DNA of 64,000 nt, from assembly GCF_009914755.1 (NCBI RefSeq), contig NC_060926.1; one strand, 5' to 3'. The notes beneath the pieces were generated by a model, which was given only the letters and a program-made list of their open reading frames with translations, was not told the origin of the DNA and did not search any database. The DNA comes from the human T2T-CHM13v2.0 reference genome, Homo sapiens. The stretch's first letter is position 1; the number at the start of each line of letters is the position of its first letter. The position numbers were made by a program, and so were the translations under genes. This document shows positions 1 to 14,879 of the stretch, piece by piece.

Positions 1-760
1 CCTAGAGGCGCTCCGAGGTCAAGGGGGCGCGCAGGCGAGTCTGAGCCTCCTCCGCCCTGGGGCGCGCGCAGTCGGGAGCCTCCCTCTCTCCCGGGAGCCC
101 TGGTTTGGCGACTCAAAGGCGGAGGTGTCCCTGGAGAAAGCTCACATCAAGGGACCAGACCCAGCGCCGGTGCCGGGGAGAGGAGAGAGGGCCCGGCCAT
201 GTCATCTGAGGCCCCGAGTCCAGCTGTCCCCTTGTCTCCAACTCTCCTTTCCAGCAAGTAAACCCCGCTTTTGCTTGAGGCAACACGGTCATCCAGACCC
301 TGAGAACTGAAGAAACCCTGGTTTTTCACCCGATAGGGCCGCTCCCTGGGGCAAAGCCTGACTTCCAGGGTGGCGTCTCCTAAAATCGGTTCCCAGGTTA
401 CGTGGAGGTACTGGGGGAGTGGGATGTCTTCTGCGCTCTCAAGGAGGACTGTAGAAAAACGTCTTGAGCGCTAAGAACAAAAGACCGTCACAGGGGTTGG
501 CCCTGGGGACCAGCCAGAGCGGAGCTGTGCCTTCGCCCCGGTCCTGCGGCCGCGTCCTGGCGAGTGGAGACAGCACCCTAAGCGGCGGCCCAGGCAGGGA
601 GAGCGCGTCCTGAGAACAGGCAGCCCACCCCACGTGGCCAGAGCTCTGCTAGGGTAGTGTCCAGGCAGAGCCCAGGCCCGCTGGGATCCGGCGCTGGGAC
701 CGCAGACCCGAACAGTGTGTTCCCCCGGGTGGCTGCGTCCCTCTCGGCCTTCTTGGAGCC
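1..760. promoter_or_regulatory. Orphan CpG island, truncated by the window start
   Basis: Dense CpG/GCGC (e.g. gggggcgcgcaggcg, ggcgcgcgca, gcggccgcg) against a CpG-depleted background. Confidence 0.7.
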
Positions 761-2756
761 CGTCCCTGTGTTTTATTGCACATTAGGGCAATTGTTGTGA
801 ACTCACCCTGGCGTGTTCCCAGGCGAGCACGGCCACCTTCTCAGATCCCTCTGCGTACACGCATTTAGATTCCCACAGCTTAAACAGACACAATGCAGGA
901 AGCAGCCCTTCCCGTGCCATGGAAAGATGCCATAGATTTCTGAAAGTTGAAGCCTCTTATTTGCCATCAAAGTTCAGGAAGATTTTAAAGACCGTTCCAT
1001 GATGTCAAAATGAAGAACAGTATTACATACAAACAAATCTCAATTTGCCTCGACTCTAGTGAATCTCACAAAGCTGATTTGCCTCTTTTCAGGAGAATGA
1101 CTCTCACAGTAAGTCAGCAAGGTTACGTAGATGTTCATACTGCCGCTAAATAGCTGCGAGCAAAACACCTTCACCATTCTGCAGGGTTACCGGAAACGCT
1201 GTTTCCAATTCTAATTTATTTTGATTAGCATTACGTAAGGTACACGGCCACAGCCTGGCCTTTGATGAATTGCTTCATCTTCCAGGCAGTTTCACCTGAT
1301 GGTTTCCGATGATGCTTCAAACTTCATGGGAGGAAGAGGGGCAGCAGCTTGCATCTCATCAGCTCCCTAATGGAGCGGCAGCCAAGCTCAACTCATTATC
1401 TTACTTTGGAGTCACTCACCCAGAGCTGTATGCATCAGCCGTTAGGGATTTTTGAGGCCTGTTATATTTGAGACTAACATGGAAATAAAATGTGCATTTC
1501 TTTTTGTGCTGTTCCCTCCTGAATTTTTTCTTTATTAGTTCTGGGGGTTGCATTTATGGCAATATAAAAGGTCATTTTCTAGTCCTGACTTTCACCGTTG
1601 CTTATTTTCCATGCTCCAGATAAAAGCAAACTAGAAGTATGTTGGAAGGAAAATGCATTATGATACTTTAACAATATTTCATAATGAAATAAATCTTGGG
1701 TTGTATTTGAGCTATTTATGCAGAAACAAAAAATGAGTGGGCTCATCTGTAAAGGTCAGATGACATTTATTCAATAGAAGCATTGTGAAATACCAGGACA
1801 GGAATATGCCCCATAAAATAACTTATTTTCAGATTTGTGTTAAGTCATGAATTCAAGTTAGAGGTCACATTTTGTCCAGGCCTAATACCAGCTTTCCAGT
1901 CACTGGTAGCATTGACATCCCCTTGGACAGAGAAAGCACATATTAAAAATTTTAAAAGCCAGAAAGGAAAGGAAAGTCACCGCTATTGTTGATCAATCTT
2001 TCTGTGCAAGACCCTGCGTGAGGGTCTTTACCGATGATTTCATTTACTAATTTTGGCATCAGCCTGGGAGAGGCATCATTATTCATGCTGTGCACGTGAG
2101 GGAAGTAAGGCCAAGAGACGTCACAGAACTGATTCAACACGCACCTTTAAAGCCCACCCATATTTCCATGATGCCAACCCTAAACCATGATGTGACCTGC
2201 TCCTGGGAAAATGTCTGCTGTCACAAGGTAAAGGAAGACGATCTTGTGTTCCCAGAGGCATGCTGGGCATTCAACGTGAGACCGGCTTTCCAACCAGCTG
2301 CAGGCGCTGGGGCCAGGAGCAACACTGCAGGCTGTGCTGATGACTGCTTCAGCTCTGTGCTTCATTAAAAGCTGAACTCTCCATCTCCTGGGACCCTAAA
2401 TGATAGATTATTCTCATTCCTGACATCAGCAGAAGGTATGGTGTCTAGGTGATGCCACAATCAACCGAGGTCACCAGCCATGGGCTGGGGCGGCGTGGGT
2501 GCTGTGTGGGTGTCACCCTCTAAAGCAAATGGAGGATGGTGCTGGGGCCCTGGAGCACTGAGTCTGCAGGCAGAGGAGAAAGGAGCTACCCGTTCACAAC
2601 GTGGCTTCTAGAAGTTTCTTCAGCCAAGGAAGTTCTTCCTGCAGAACCCTGAAGCTCCATTGTCCATTGATAACTAGAGATTGAAACAACGGAGAGGCCT
2701 TGCTGATCAGTTTAAGGAGAAATTCCATGTTTGTTTTCCTGCTTCCATGAAGGGAC

Positions 2757-2870
2757 CTTTTTTTTTCATTTTTTATTGATGCATAATAGCTGTATATTTC
2801 CAGGGTACATGCAATATTTCAATACATGTCTACAATGTGTAATGATCAAACCAGGGTAATTGGGAACATT
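2757..2870 (-). mobile_element. L1MA-type LINE-1 3'-end fragment
   Basis: T-run then ttttattgatgcataat...acaatgtgtaatgatcaaaccagggtaattgg, resembling the L1MA 3' end in antisense. Confidence 0.7.
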
Positions 2871-3879
2871 TTTATTAGGTCATTTCTGCCACTGTTTCTC
2901 CCTGCAAAGCCCCTTGTGGTGAGGAGTGCCTGGTGGGAAGACTCTGAGCTAGGGAGGGCCTTGCACCCCTGGACCAGCGGCCAGGTGAGCTGCAGTGTCT
3001 GCACTCCACGTGCTGACCCCAGGCGGGGACTGCACCCACCTGCCTCAGCCCTTTCACCTGTGACTGAATGGAAAAGCCAGGGCGATTGAGGTCCTGAGGC
3101 CTGGACCCTGAGGCTCTGCTGTTTATCCAGCCAACTTGCCTGGAGCTCCACTTTGCAATGGCAGAGGTGCACGCCTTCACGTCCTTCCAGTCGGCCGGAA
3201 CCCTAGGGAAAAAGATGGGTTCTGGGATTTAGACATCAAACTCCACGATATACTTTTAATCAGTTTCATTTATATTTTCACTTAATTTGCTGTCTTTACA
3301 TATTGTCCTCACAAATCGTAAATAGCACAGCAAATGGAATTGTACACAAGTGGAGAGAACGGGGGACATTAAGTTTTCCCAGCACTGTAGACTATTAATC
3401 AAATTTAGTTATTTACTAGTTAAATGCTGAAGGTCTACTGTTGATCAGGAAGACTAATCACATTGCCAGGGGACCCTGGTCACAGTGCAGCAGTAATGAG
3501 ATTAGACTTTGAAATCCCAAATGTAACCTCGTCTGACTCTGCAGGGAGGAGCTGGCAGGGAGCAGCCAGAAAGGCACTTGGGGGTCAGCACCATGCCCCT
3601 CTGTCCATTACCTACCAGTGCGAGGTCTCAAAAGACAAAACAAAGGGTGGGTTCTGCCCAAGTATGTTCAATGCATGCTCACAGTTTAGAGCCCTGATTC
3701 CCATTCTCAGGAATATTCTCTCTTCCCCTTCATGACACTGCCATGTGCCAAGTTTCTCAAAGTAATAATGTCATTTTCCTCCTTGAATTTTTCTTTCCAC
3801 ACAGCCTGCAGCCCGTCCTTCCTGGTGCGTGTCAGACCCATCCACCTTCCTCCGCGCCACACCTCCCAGCCAGGTTGCA

Positions 3880-4750
3880 GACCCTAGAGACAGCCAGAGC
3901 CCCTCACTGCCCCCTGCTCCCTTCCCCAGCCTGGACCATGCTCCCCACCTAAAAGCCTGAATAATCCTTCAAAACATAATTGAGATTTGATCACTTCCCC
4001 ACTCAGACTTCTCCATATAACATAGAAGGAAACCAAGGGCTTTTCCTTCTCTGCCTGAGCCTCTGGCCCTGTGCGACCTGGTCCTGCCCACCCCAGCCCC
4101 AGGCATCGCCTCCCCTGGTCACCACGGCCTTGCTGGCCCATCTGCTCCATGATACAGCCCTTTGCTCCTCAAAGCTTTTCTTTTCCTATTTTTTCTGCCC
4201 AGAATGCTTTTCCCCACTTCAGAGTTTTCATTCCTGGATTAACTTCATTCAGAGGGGCTTCTGTGGCCGGCCTCCCTGATGGGAGATCCTCCTCCAACAG
4301 GTTCAGTAACCACTGCCCCTTCCATGTCCCATGCAGCCCTCCCTGTGGTCAGCAGTGGCCTCTCCTCAGGAGCTCACTCACGGTCAGTTTCCACAGCACA
4401 GCACAAGCTGCTCAGAAAAAAACATGCTGAAATGATAACCTCCAAGTTCTCAATGCGCAAAACGAGCCCTTAGAAACTGCAGAATGAAAAATCACTGAAG
4501 GAAGAGGATGGATGCAAAGATGAGAACTGAAAACAAAAGCTGAGATTGGCATGATGCCTGCCCAGGGGCGTGTACCTCTCCGCAGAGAGCTGAAGAGATC
4601 TGGGATAGAAACTGCTCCATTTTTCTGCACAACCCTTACACCATCTGACAGATTATTTCTCATTATTACTAAATTTGCTCTCACTGTCTGTCTCTCCTTC
4701 TCCCACTAGAAATGAGGTCCATGCAGTGGGGCCTTCCCTGGGTTTGGTTG
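3880..4750 (+). mobile_element. L2 LINE fragments (degenerate, discontinuous)
   Basis: L2-like motifs such as gatcacttccccactcaga and ctcccactagaaatgaggtccatg. Confidence 0.5.
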
Positions 4751-5080
4751 TAAATGTGGCCCTACCACCAAGAAGACTTTCCAGTTCACAGAAAAGACTT
4801 GGTATTTGCCAAACGAACCATGAATAAGCTCCCTTTTCTTCAAGTGCATCAACAAGCAAATGCACCACAGAAACAGCATGCTCATCGAGAGATTCAGCTG
4901 ACCCTAAACTTTGCATTGACTCACACTGCTGGCGTGAGATCCAGAGACACCAAGCAGCCAGCCTTCTACGGAGGGGCCTCACCTGGCTTCGTTTGACTTT
5001 TCTGCTCTGGAAACACCTGTCGGAATTCAAGGGTGAGGTAGCCACCAGCAGCTGTGAGTTCATAAGCAATGAGAATTGGA

Positions 5081-5230
5081 TAATGTATATAAATATATAC
5101 ACGTGTCTGCATGCATGTATGTGTGTATGTATCTTATATTTTTTGTTAATACTCCCCAGGGCCAAGGCACTAAGACACACTTGTGTGTGTGTGTATTTGT
5201 GTGTGTGTGTGCATAAACATGTATGTTGCC
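5081..5230. repeat. Degenerate (TG)n/(TA)n low-complexity tract
   Basis: Visible tgtgtgtgt and atatatac runs. Confidence 0.75.
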
Positions 5231-8200
5231 TTTCTGGGCAGCACGTATGGGCCTCTATGAGTAAACTGAGAGAGGTTTGTGAATTTCTGTAAATATGTGT
5301 CTACTGTCTCCCAGAATGAAACAAATGCCACTTGTTGAAGACTAGCTTCCCCCAGAGAGAGACTGAGATGGAGGCCCAGGGAGTTTGCTGGAGACCTGCA
5401 CCGGCCGTCTGGGTGTTGGGACCTTCCGAGTGGTCCCATCAAGGCTGGGTCAGCACCCTTGTGCCTCTGCCCCTCCACTGCGCTGAGCCTCAGGAGGGAG
5501 GCTGCCTAGCCAGCAGTGTCACCTGGGCCAGGGGCTGCCATCACAGCCATCTACAGAGGGACCTCGGGGACGCTCAGCCCTGTAGCCCCATCTTGGGGGT
5601 ACACAGTGACTGTTCACCAGCGATTCTAAAACTTCACAGTTTTAAATTTGATTATGTCACACAAAAATTTTGTTGCTTTTCAGATATAATTATAGTAAGA
5701 TTAAGTGGGACACTGTCCTGCATGGAGTCAATTAGCACTGATTAAATTGAGTGAAGATACAGACCTCCTGCCACCTGCATCCCTGTCCAGATTTCTACAG
5801 AACTGCAGCATGCCCACGAGCACTGTCTCTTCCTTGCTGATTCTACACTGGGTTAAACCTCCTGACTCAGAGGCAGGACTAATGCAGTTATCGGTGAAAC
5901 ACTAAGTGAGGTGCTAGATGCAGGTGCATGAGGAGAGCCCGTGCTGCTCACAGAGGGGAGTCTGCAGCCTTTGTTTCCTTGATCCCGTCTTTCTTTGTGC
6001 GGCCTGCAGCAAAGGCATAAACAAAGGACTTTAATAAAATGGGAAATGGGATCGGACTTCAATGTTGCCTCGACACAACTGTAATTACAATCTAATTCTG
6101 CAGGTAAAAAAACTGAGGCTCACCAGGAAAAGCAACCCACTAAGGAGACAGTCTCAGAACACGCTGTAAGATAGGCAGCCTTTCGGGAAACACCGGCCAC
6201 TGTTCCTGATGGGCTCTGATCCTGTAGTGAGGATGTGGAATCCAGCATGAAAGCTTTTTACAGCGGGAACTCACTCTCCATAGGCGAAGCTGCGATCTCC
6301 ATCATTTTCTCTCCATCCTCTGTGCATGGCGGCATCTGCTGCTCAGAAGCCGCCTCTCCTGATCTTGCTGGAATGAAAGAACCCAACTCCTTTTGTCGTC
6401 AACCCAAAATAAGAGAAGAGAACAGCCACAGGTGGTGGTCATGTTCCTTCCAACTCCACCAGGAGGCCAGGCCCACCAGTGGGTGCTAGGAAAATTCACA
6501 GCGCCAACAGTAAACATAACATACCTTCCTGATGGAATTTCTTTTTGTGATTCCCTTGTGTTTTAAATTCTCCTGTTTGTATTAATTATACTTGACCAAC
6601 TTTCTAATATAAAAAGTTTATATCATGCTCAGAAATAAATTATTAATGATTACCAAATAAAGCAAATTACTATTGTATTTTCTAGGTAAGCATGGAGTAT
6701 GTAAATGCTATTATTATCATTACCCAAATTATTAACTAAGATAACGAAGGCTTTATTCTTGAGTTTTAAATTCCTGGTTGAACAAACCTTGTTATATTTG
6801 ACACTTCCTGTGAAGGCTTAAGAAAACACAGGACTGAGAAAGTGATGTCTGTGGTCATCAAGGAACAGGTGCTGGGGTGTCCTCTGCCACCCACAGGCTA
6901 GCTGAGCACCGCGTGCGGAATGCTGGGTACCCTCCCGCTCAAAGCAGGGCTGTGTGTAAGTTATTATATTTATTTACAACAGAGTCTCAGTCGATTTGAT
7001 GGGGTGAGACCGGGTGTTGCCCTGGTAGTGATGTCCGGATCATTTGCATAGTTTTTCCCTAACAAGTAATTTTAGAGAAAATGATGTGTGGCACAACCAA
7101 CAAGAATGAAGTCCAAATATCCAAAACAGAAACCGAATTACAAAATGCTGGGCCAGGGCACACAGTGGGGCCGGTCACTCTTGAGTGCCTCTTACTGCTC
7201 ATTACCTGCCAGGACCCTTCTTGCTGGGCATCCCGACCCTCAAATAAACACTTTCTGAAACAGGCCACTCGGAGGGGTCAGTGCCGTAAGCGAGTAATTC
7301 CTACAACCACAACTATTTTTAAAACATGATTCTGGACGTTCCAATCAATCCAATTAAACGTGAGATTAAATTTTTTTATGTAACTATGTTTCCATTTTTT
7401 CCATATAGGAGACATGCAATAACTATTTCCTAAGTAAATGAACAATTGAAAGATGAGTAAAGGGTGTTGTTTAAATCAGGTTGCTCGGTGCCGAGTGACT
7501 CAACCTTGTTGTGTGCTTCCTCTGCGTGCCCAGGGATTTACTGTTGTCGAGCAGGAAGAAGCCTGGCCGTGACTGTGTTTGGCAGCGTAGGTTTGTTCCT
7601 TTTTGAAATTAGGACACAAGTCCCCAGGCAGGCTTGTTGGGACTCCAGCGAGGTAGCTTTTCCATCACTGAAGGAAACGTAGCAGGCAGCGTCACCGGAG
7701 CAGGGCACGGCAGGTTCGGTCAGAACGGCCCCGGGGCAGCTCTTGAAAAACACCAGCATCTACAGATCCCACAGAGACCTTGACGCCCACGTTGCCCTGA
7801 GGTTAGAGACCCCCGAATTGGAAGTGAGCAGGAACTAGACGGTGCGGGGGCACCGAAGTTCACACGGGAAGAGGTGGGATGATGTTCGCGTATTAAACAC
7901 ACAGAACGCTGACACAGGCGCACGGGACAGCCACGGCTCCTCTGCTGGGGGCGCTCCGATTTTCACCTCACCAGAAAAGCCATCAAGCTGCCCGAGTTAC
8001 TGGGGCATAAACATAGATAACTCAAAAGGATTTGAAACCGCAGCGCAATTATAATACGTGAATTTGAATTAACCAAATGTGAAATAGTAAGATAAAAATA
8101 TATTTTAAAAGTTCTAATTTATATGCAGAATTTAAAATAATTCAAATCTCCCAAGGTATAAAAATCACATAATTTCAAAGCTGTTGGAATTTGTGTAGTG

Positions 8201-8489
8201 TGAACACTTTCACATATCAGAAAATAAAGATCTATAGTATCCTTTTTTAATTACTGCAAAATAGTCTACAGTAGGAGAGTACCATTATTTATAGCATAAC
8301 ATTCTCAAAAGGACTTTCAGGAAGAAAGTGTGAAATATGAACTTACATATAGAGATTTATAAAATGAAGTATTTACTAATTATCTTATACCTTAAAGTAA
8401 AAATATTTTAAATGTAATTAATTGTTCATGCTTTAATTTGTAACAAACTTTAAACTTCTAGAACTAGGCAATATATATTTTACCTTTGA

Positions 8490-8910
8490 TCTACTTATCT
8501 ATGATCTAGCTATCTATCATTGTCTATCATCTATATATTTATCAATTATACCAATTCTGTCATCTATCACCTGTCATCTATCAACCATCTATTATATATG
8601 TTTCAACTGTCTGTCATCTATCATCTATCACCTACGTACCATCTATCTCATCTATTCTATCATCTACTTACAATCTATAATCTATCATCTCTCTACCATC
8701 TGTCATCTATCTATTCCATAATCTATTCACCATTTATTATCTCTTTATCATATATTACCTATCTACCATCTGCAATTGATCCACCTAACCATCTGTCATC
8801 TATTTATCTATCGTTTTTCCATCTATACATTATCTATTTATCATGTATCTATAATCTATCTCTATGTCTACTAGCTACCATCTATCATCTCTATCTATCT
8901 ATCTATCTTG
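8490..8910. repeat. Degenerate (TCTA/TATC)n simple repeat
   Basis: Repeated tctatc/atctatc units; explains the 192-aa I/Y/H/L/S-rich ORF. Confidence 0.85.
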
Positions 8911-9679
8911 ATCATTTTTCTGTAGACCTAATAACCTGCTTCTCTGCTCCCCTTAAAGGTAAACTTCCCTTAAAAGTTGGTTACCTTCCATTTATGCTTT
9001 TAAAAAGTTTTTACAAACTATTATGTCATTTGAAATTTGTATCAAATAACACCATAAGGCCTTTGGACTGGTGGCTTAGGATATTTATTTGGTACTAAGA
9101 GTAGATGATTTTTAACACACTCCTCCTTCACACAAAAAGTTACTTTCCCTAGTAGTTACGAAATATAACAAATAATAATGGTCAGAAAAGAAATGCACCC
9201 AGTGAAAATTTTATTTCATTGGACTTTGTATAATTATGTCTTTAAATTACTTGTTTAATTAATAAGCAATATAGAACAAAAAGGGCAAATTAATATATTA
9301 ATACTTTTAATTATATTGACATAATTCTTGGAAAAGGTTAAATGCGTATTAAATATTGGTCCTTCACAGTAATGGGTAGCTACTTCACAGTTTCTATTGT
9401 TAAGCATTAACTTTCACAAAGTACTCAATGCTTTCTGCAAATTCAATGATGATCTTTGCACAGTCATGTTTGCTGAAAGATGCTCCCAGATCTGTCAGTC
9501 CTCCACCAGGAACCTAACAGACATTTCATTAATTTAATTTTAATTATTTAATTAATTATTTAAGTTAATAATTTAATAATTAAATAAATTTAATTATTTA
9601 ATTAAAAATTTAATTAATTAAAAATGTTAATATTTGATAAACAATTATTTAATTATTTATTTACATGAAGCAAAAGATA

Positions 9680-12090
9680 TACCAGCACATGGAAAAGTCT
9701 TAAGTATTGAGATAATTTTGGTCAAACTTCATAAATATTTCATTTCACAATAAATTCCAGGAATTGCAATACTGCCCATGTTGCTGTTCCTTTGGGATTG
9801 ATTCTAGATGCTTCCAAATGTCTCCAGTTATGAACACATTCTTTTTCTACTTTTTTATATTTTTTCTAGCCTTTCCTTATACATTGCAGAAGCTACTTAT
9901 TTTTAGAGAACATGGAATCACTAAAGTTTTGTAATATATCATGACATCTAGTAAAAAAAATCACCATCATGTGATTTTTTTTTCAAAATTGCCTTGTTTA
10001 CATGAATTTTGGAATAACATTTTCAAAGTTTATATAAAACCCTGTCAAGATTTTTACTGGAATTACACAGAATATAAGAATTTTTTAGAGGACAGATGAC
10101 ATCTTTATGATAATACATGTTTCTATCCATGGATATTGTATATGAGTCCTTTCTTATTTAATTTTGTTCAATACAAAGTGATAATTTTCTTTATTATATT
10201 CTCTCAGTTAAACTGAGTGGACAAACATATCATCTGTCAATAATAACAAGGATTATTTTTTGAATTCTTATAGCTTTTATCTTCTTGGTTTACAGCATGC
10301 ATTATGACTTCAATGACAATGTTGAATAAAAATGCTATTTGTCATCATCTTTGGTTCTCTTCTAATTAAGTATAATGTTTGCTCTATTTTCCGGTAAATA
10401 ACCTTCATCAGTTTTCTAAAATGTTTACTTCTCTTGGTTTCCTAAAAGTTAACTATTTAAATCAGAAATGAGTGTTTAATTTATTGAAATGCTCTTTTTA
10501 TTATATCTATTAGGAAGGTCATATGGTTTTGATTTTTAGTTTAATAGTAACTTTTATGACAGTAATGTAGTTGTAATATTAAAACTCTTCCTTTTTGAAA
10601 TTATCGTAAATTTGTCTTAATATGTTTTGTTTACTTGTGTGTGTGTTGTGTTTATATTTTGCTACAGATGATTGAGCAACAAAATTAACAGTCTTGATCT
10701 AACAGATGTACAGTTTCACATCAAAGACCTGGGAAATGCATGTTTTCTTCAAGCACATGTGAAACATCCCAGTATCAACCATGTATCAGGCCAGAGAACA
10801 AATTGATGTCATTATAAAAAGTTAGTGTAAGACATAAAACTTCCTTGATAGCAGTAGCATTAAGTTAGATATATAAAAAAGTTATTTTAATATACAACAG
10901 CGTACATTTATCAAATAAATTAAATCTACATATCACTCTGAATAAAAGAAATATCAAATGAAAATTATAAAATAGAGAGAGATGAATAATAATGAAAATA
11001 ATATACATTAAGTTTGGGGAATACAGCTAAAGCAGTATGTAGAGGGCAATTTATAGTCATAGGTGCTCCTAATGGAGCTCATTATTAAATGGCTAAAAAA
11101 AAATCCCTTAAGTATATAACTAAAGGTTTATGCCACTGAATTAATTAAATCAGCAGTTTAAAATATTAGCAGGGTCAATAGTTTTATGGACCTGTCCAAT
11201 TTTATGAGAAAAAAATGAAAAAAAGTTTTACATGAATTACATCAACATATCAAAGTATAGCTAATCCCAAATTTTAAGTCATTGTAAAAACAAAGCTAAA
11301 GTAATACTTTCAAAATGTCTGTTTTGAAGTTTTGATGAGTCTTTTGTAAGCAGATTTGACTATGTGTATTTTTTATTTTCAATTTAACAATCAATTCGAT
11401 TTTGATTTTGATTTAACATGTTTTGTCCATTTATTTTCATTTTGATGGGAGATATATTTGAGTTGATGTTTAGTGGCTTATTTTATGGTTTATATTTATC
11501 TAAGTTGTTAATAGTGTTTCATATTCTACTATCCTGACTCCTATTAGACTGAGTGATTTAGTTCACATTTTCCCTTTCTTGTTGTTAACTTTTTATTTTT
11601 TAAGTAACCATTATTGAAACTGACATGAATCTAAACACTGTCTAAAGGTAATTTAAAGTCCTAAAGTGCAGTTTTTGGGGGGAAGATTTTTGGCAGTAAG
11701 TTCTATTTTAATGATTGCTGGGGAAATATATTCAGTCTATTTTAGTAAGTTATGTTTTTTAATAATTTGTTAAATATTTTATTTTGTTTACTCTGAAGTC
11801 TATAATGTTAGACACACTTTTATTCTTGATATCCTCATGCTGAAGTACATTTTTTTTACAAGTCCTTGTAGAGATTGCCAATTTTATTACTGTTTTCAAA
11901 TGACTATTCTCATCTTCAGGTTTTCTATATTATGATGTTTTCTATTTTGTTAATTGCCACTCTAATCTTTACAACTCTTTCCTTCTTGATGCTCACTTGT
12001 TGACATTTTTCTAACTTCTTGAGATGACGGTAATTAATTATCGGCCTTTCTTCTTTTCTACTACACACATTTTAATACCATACATCACCA
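9680..12090. mobile_element. Ancient L1M fragments in mixed orientation; AT-rich block
   Basis: Sense endonuclease-region remnant (ttttcttcaagcacatgtgaaacat...; tggggaatacagctaaagcagta) at about 10660-11130, flanked by antisense ORF2-like sequence. Confidence 0.65.
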
Positions 12091-12129
12091 TCTACATAAC
12101 CGGGTGCACCTCACCCCATCTGTCACCTC

Positions 12130-12690
12130 TGGTCCTGCACTAGGTCTCTGCAATCTGTGCCTGATACAAACCAGGGTGGCATTTTTGAATTAAATATAAT
12201 CATGTCCTGTCCCTACTGAAACCCTCCAAGTTTTCTCCAATTCTCTTGAGCTATATAATCCAATGTCCTTCCGTTTCCTAAGAAACCTACATGATCATAT
12301 GATGCCCCCTCTCCAGTGTCCCTGAAACCCCCCGCTGTGGTGGGGATGTTGCTCTCCCTTGGCTTCCTTTGGCCTGGACTGTTTTCCACTTAGTTGTCCC
12401 ACGACTTCCTTTTTGTCCTTGATCTCATCTCAAGGATCCCCACCCCCTTCCACTGTGGCCCCGGCTTATTTCTTAGAGAGCTGTCACAATCCGCAGCTAC
12501 CCTGCTTCATTGTGTTTGTGTGTCTTTATCATTTAATTCCTTCTTAGAGAAGGTCTGCTCCCAAGGGAGGAAAACATTTTTATTTTTCTTACCTCTGTTT
12601 GTTTTACCACCTCTTATGTGGTAAGAGAAACAGAGGTAAGAAAAATAAAATGTCAGTCAGCATTTGCTGATGGGATAAATGAATGAAGCC
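12130..12690 (+). mobile_element. L2 3'-end fragment
   Basis: taatcatgtcctgtccctactgaaaccctcca at the start and an L2-tail-like catttgctgatgggataaatgaatga at the end. Confidence 0.55.
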
Positions 12691-12970
12691 AAGCAGTGTC
12701 TGAGGGGTCTAAGGGCCTGGTGCCCACAGACAGTGCTGTCAGTCGTCTCTTCACCCACCAGTCCCATCACGGTCTCGTCTCAGTTTTCTTCCTCTGTAAT
12801 TACTGAATTGAGTGAGTTCACCTTTGAAGGGATAGCTGCTAATGACATCGCCAGATACAGAAGAACATCATGAAGTTATAGAAATATGCAGATGCAGGTA
12901 TTCCTTATCATCAATGTAGGGTGCTGGGTGCTCCAGGGAGGCCTAGGAACATGGATGGGTCTGGTCCTGA

Positions 12971-13495
<525 letters not shown>

Positions 13496-14879
13496 TGACT
13501 CCCTTAGCCAAGATTCCTGCCACTCCTTTAATGTATGACTCAGGCACTTTGTCCTTGCTTCAGTGACTGTGATTTAGGTGCCTTTGATTGGAAGTTGACT
13601 GAAAGTTCTTGTTACAGGCGACAGACCAAGGCCGAGACTGAGAAAGAGACAGGAGAAGGGAGGGGAAGGGCAGAAGTCCACAGCTGGGAGCACAGGGACT
13701 CGGGTGACTTATGCTGGGGCCTATTTCTCGTTCATCCCTACAACTGGCTCAGGTCTCTGTGTTTTCCTACTGACATCATCTTCCTCATTACACATCATGC
13801 TGAATTTTTCAGTATGTCAATTCACGTCACTTATTTTAATTCCATCCAGTTGCGTGTGACAAACCTGAATATCCCATCCATTTCGTGCCCAGGTTTTTAG
13901 ACTTTTGCTTCCAGGAGCATTTCCCAACCTTGCTGCTTGTGCACTGCATGCCTTGGTCCCAGGCTGGAGCATCGTGTGAATGAATCTGTTTCCAGCAGGC
14001 ATGGGGTGAGGTTTATATCAGCCTTCATTAAGCAGTAATCACAGCCTGCCGCTAGACGCACATTTCCCACACACATGGGATTGCAGGAAGCTAACATTCG
14101 CCTCTTCTGTTTTATTTTCTGCCACCCTTGCTTGAAAGTTCAATTCATGAGTAATATATTAGGTGGGAAGATAAGTAAGGTTTATCCTTTAGCTAACATT
14201 TATTACAATAATAACAAAGTACATACTATACAACTCATTGTTTATAATTGCAAAGTACTGAGGTTACCTATTTTGATGAAAAATGTCTTAAAACATTAAG
14301 ATTTTAAGCATGATTACGTCCATATTACTAATATTTTAATTCTGCTACCTTAAATATCTATCATTGACACATTAAATATGCTATTGCAGGAAAGCTGATT
14401 TAAAAAATCACAGCTTTAAATATATATTATTTCACAATGGCTAAAATTCCTTTTATATGTTGAGGTTGCTTTTCATTACTCATGAGTCAAAAGAGCTTTA
14501 TAATCCTCCTATTGACGGTATCTTTAACTTTTTTAAATGAAAATTTTAGCTGAAGGTGAATATATTTTGCTTAAAAAGTTAACATGGACAATAATACCTC
14601 ATGTCCCCAATTGATTTGGCCTTGGCATATGACATTTGCTATCTATTCAGTGAGCATATTTGTATAATATCGAGCATATTATGCAATACATATAAGTGTA
14701 TTTAGCAATTAAGCCAAATAAAATTATGCTTGTTTTAACAGTTCATACCAGTTTTCACATCTAGCTTTGTTGGATATTTTTTACAGTTACGGTTACTTTT
14801 AGGGTTGGAGTGAGGTCTGGCTGGTGTACGAATGATCCGTCTTGTTAAAATGAAGAAGCACGAATTACTCAGTGAGGCG

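Noticed and set aside
8520-9098. 192-aa ORF
   Set aside because: Translation of the TCTA-type simple repeat.
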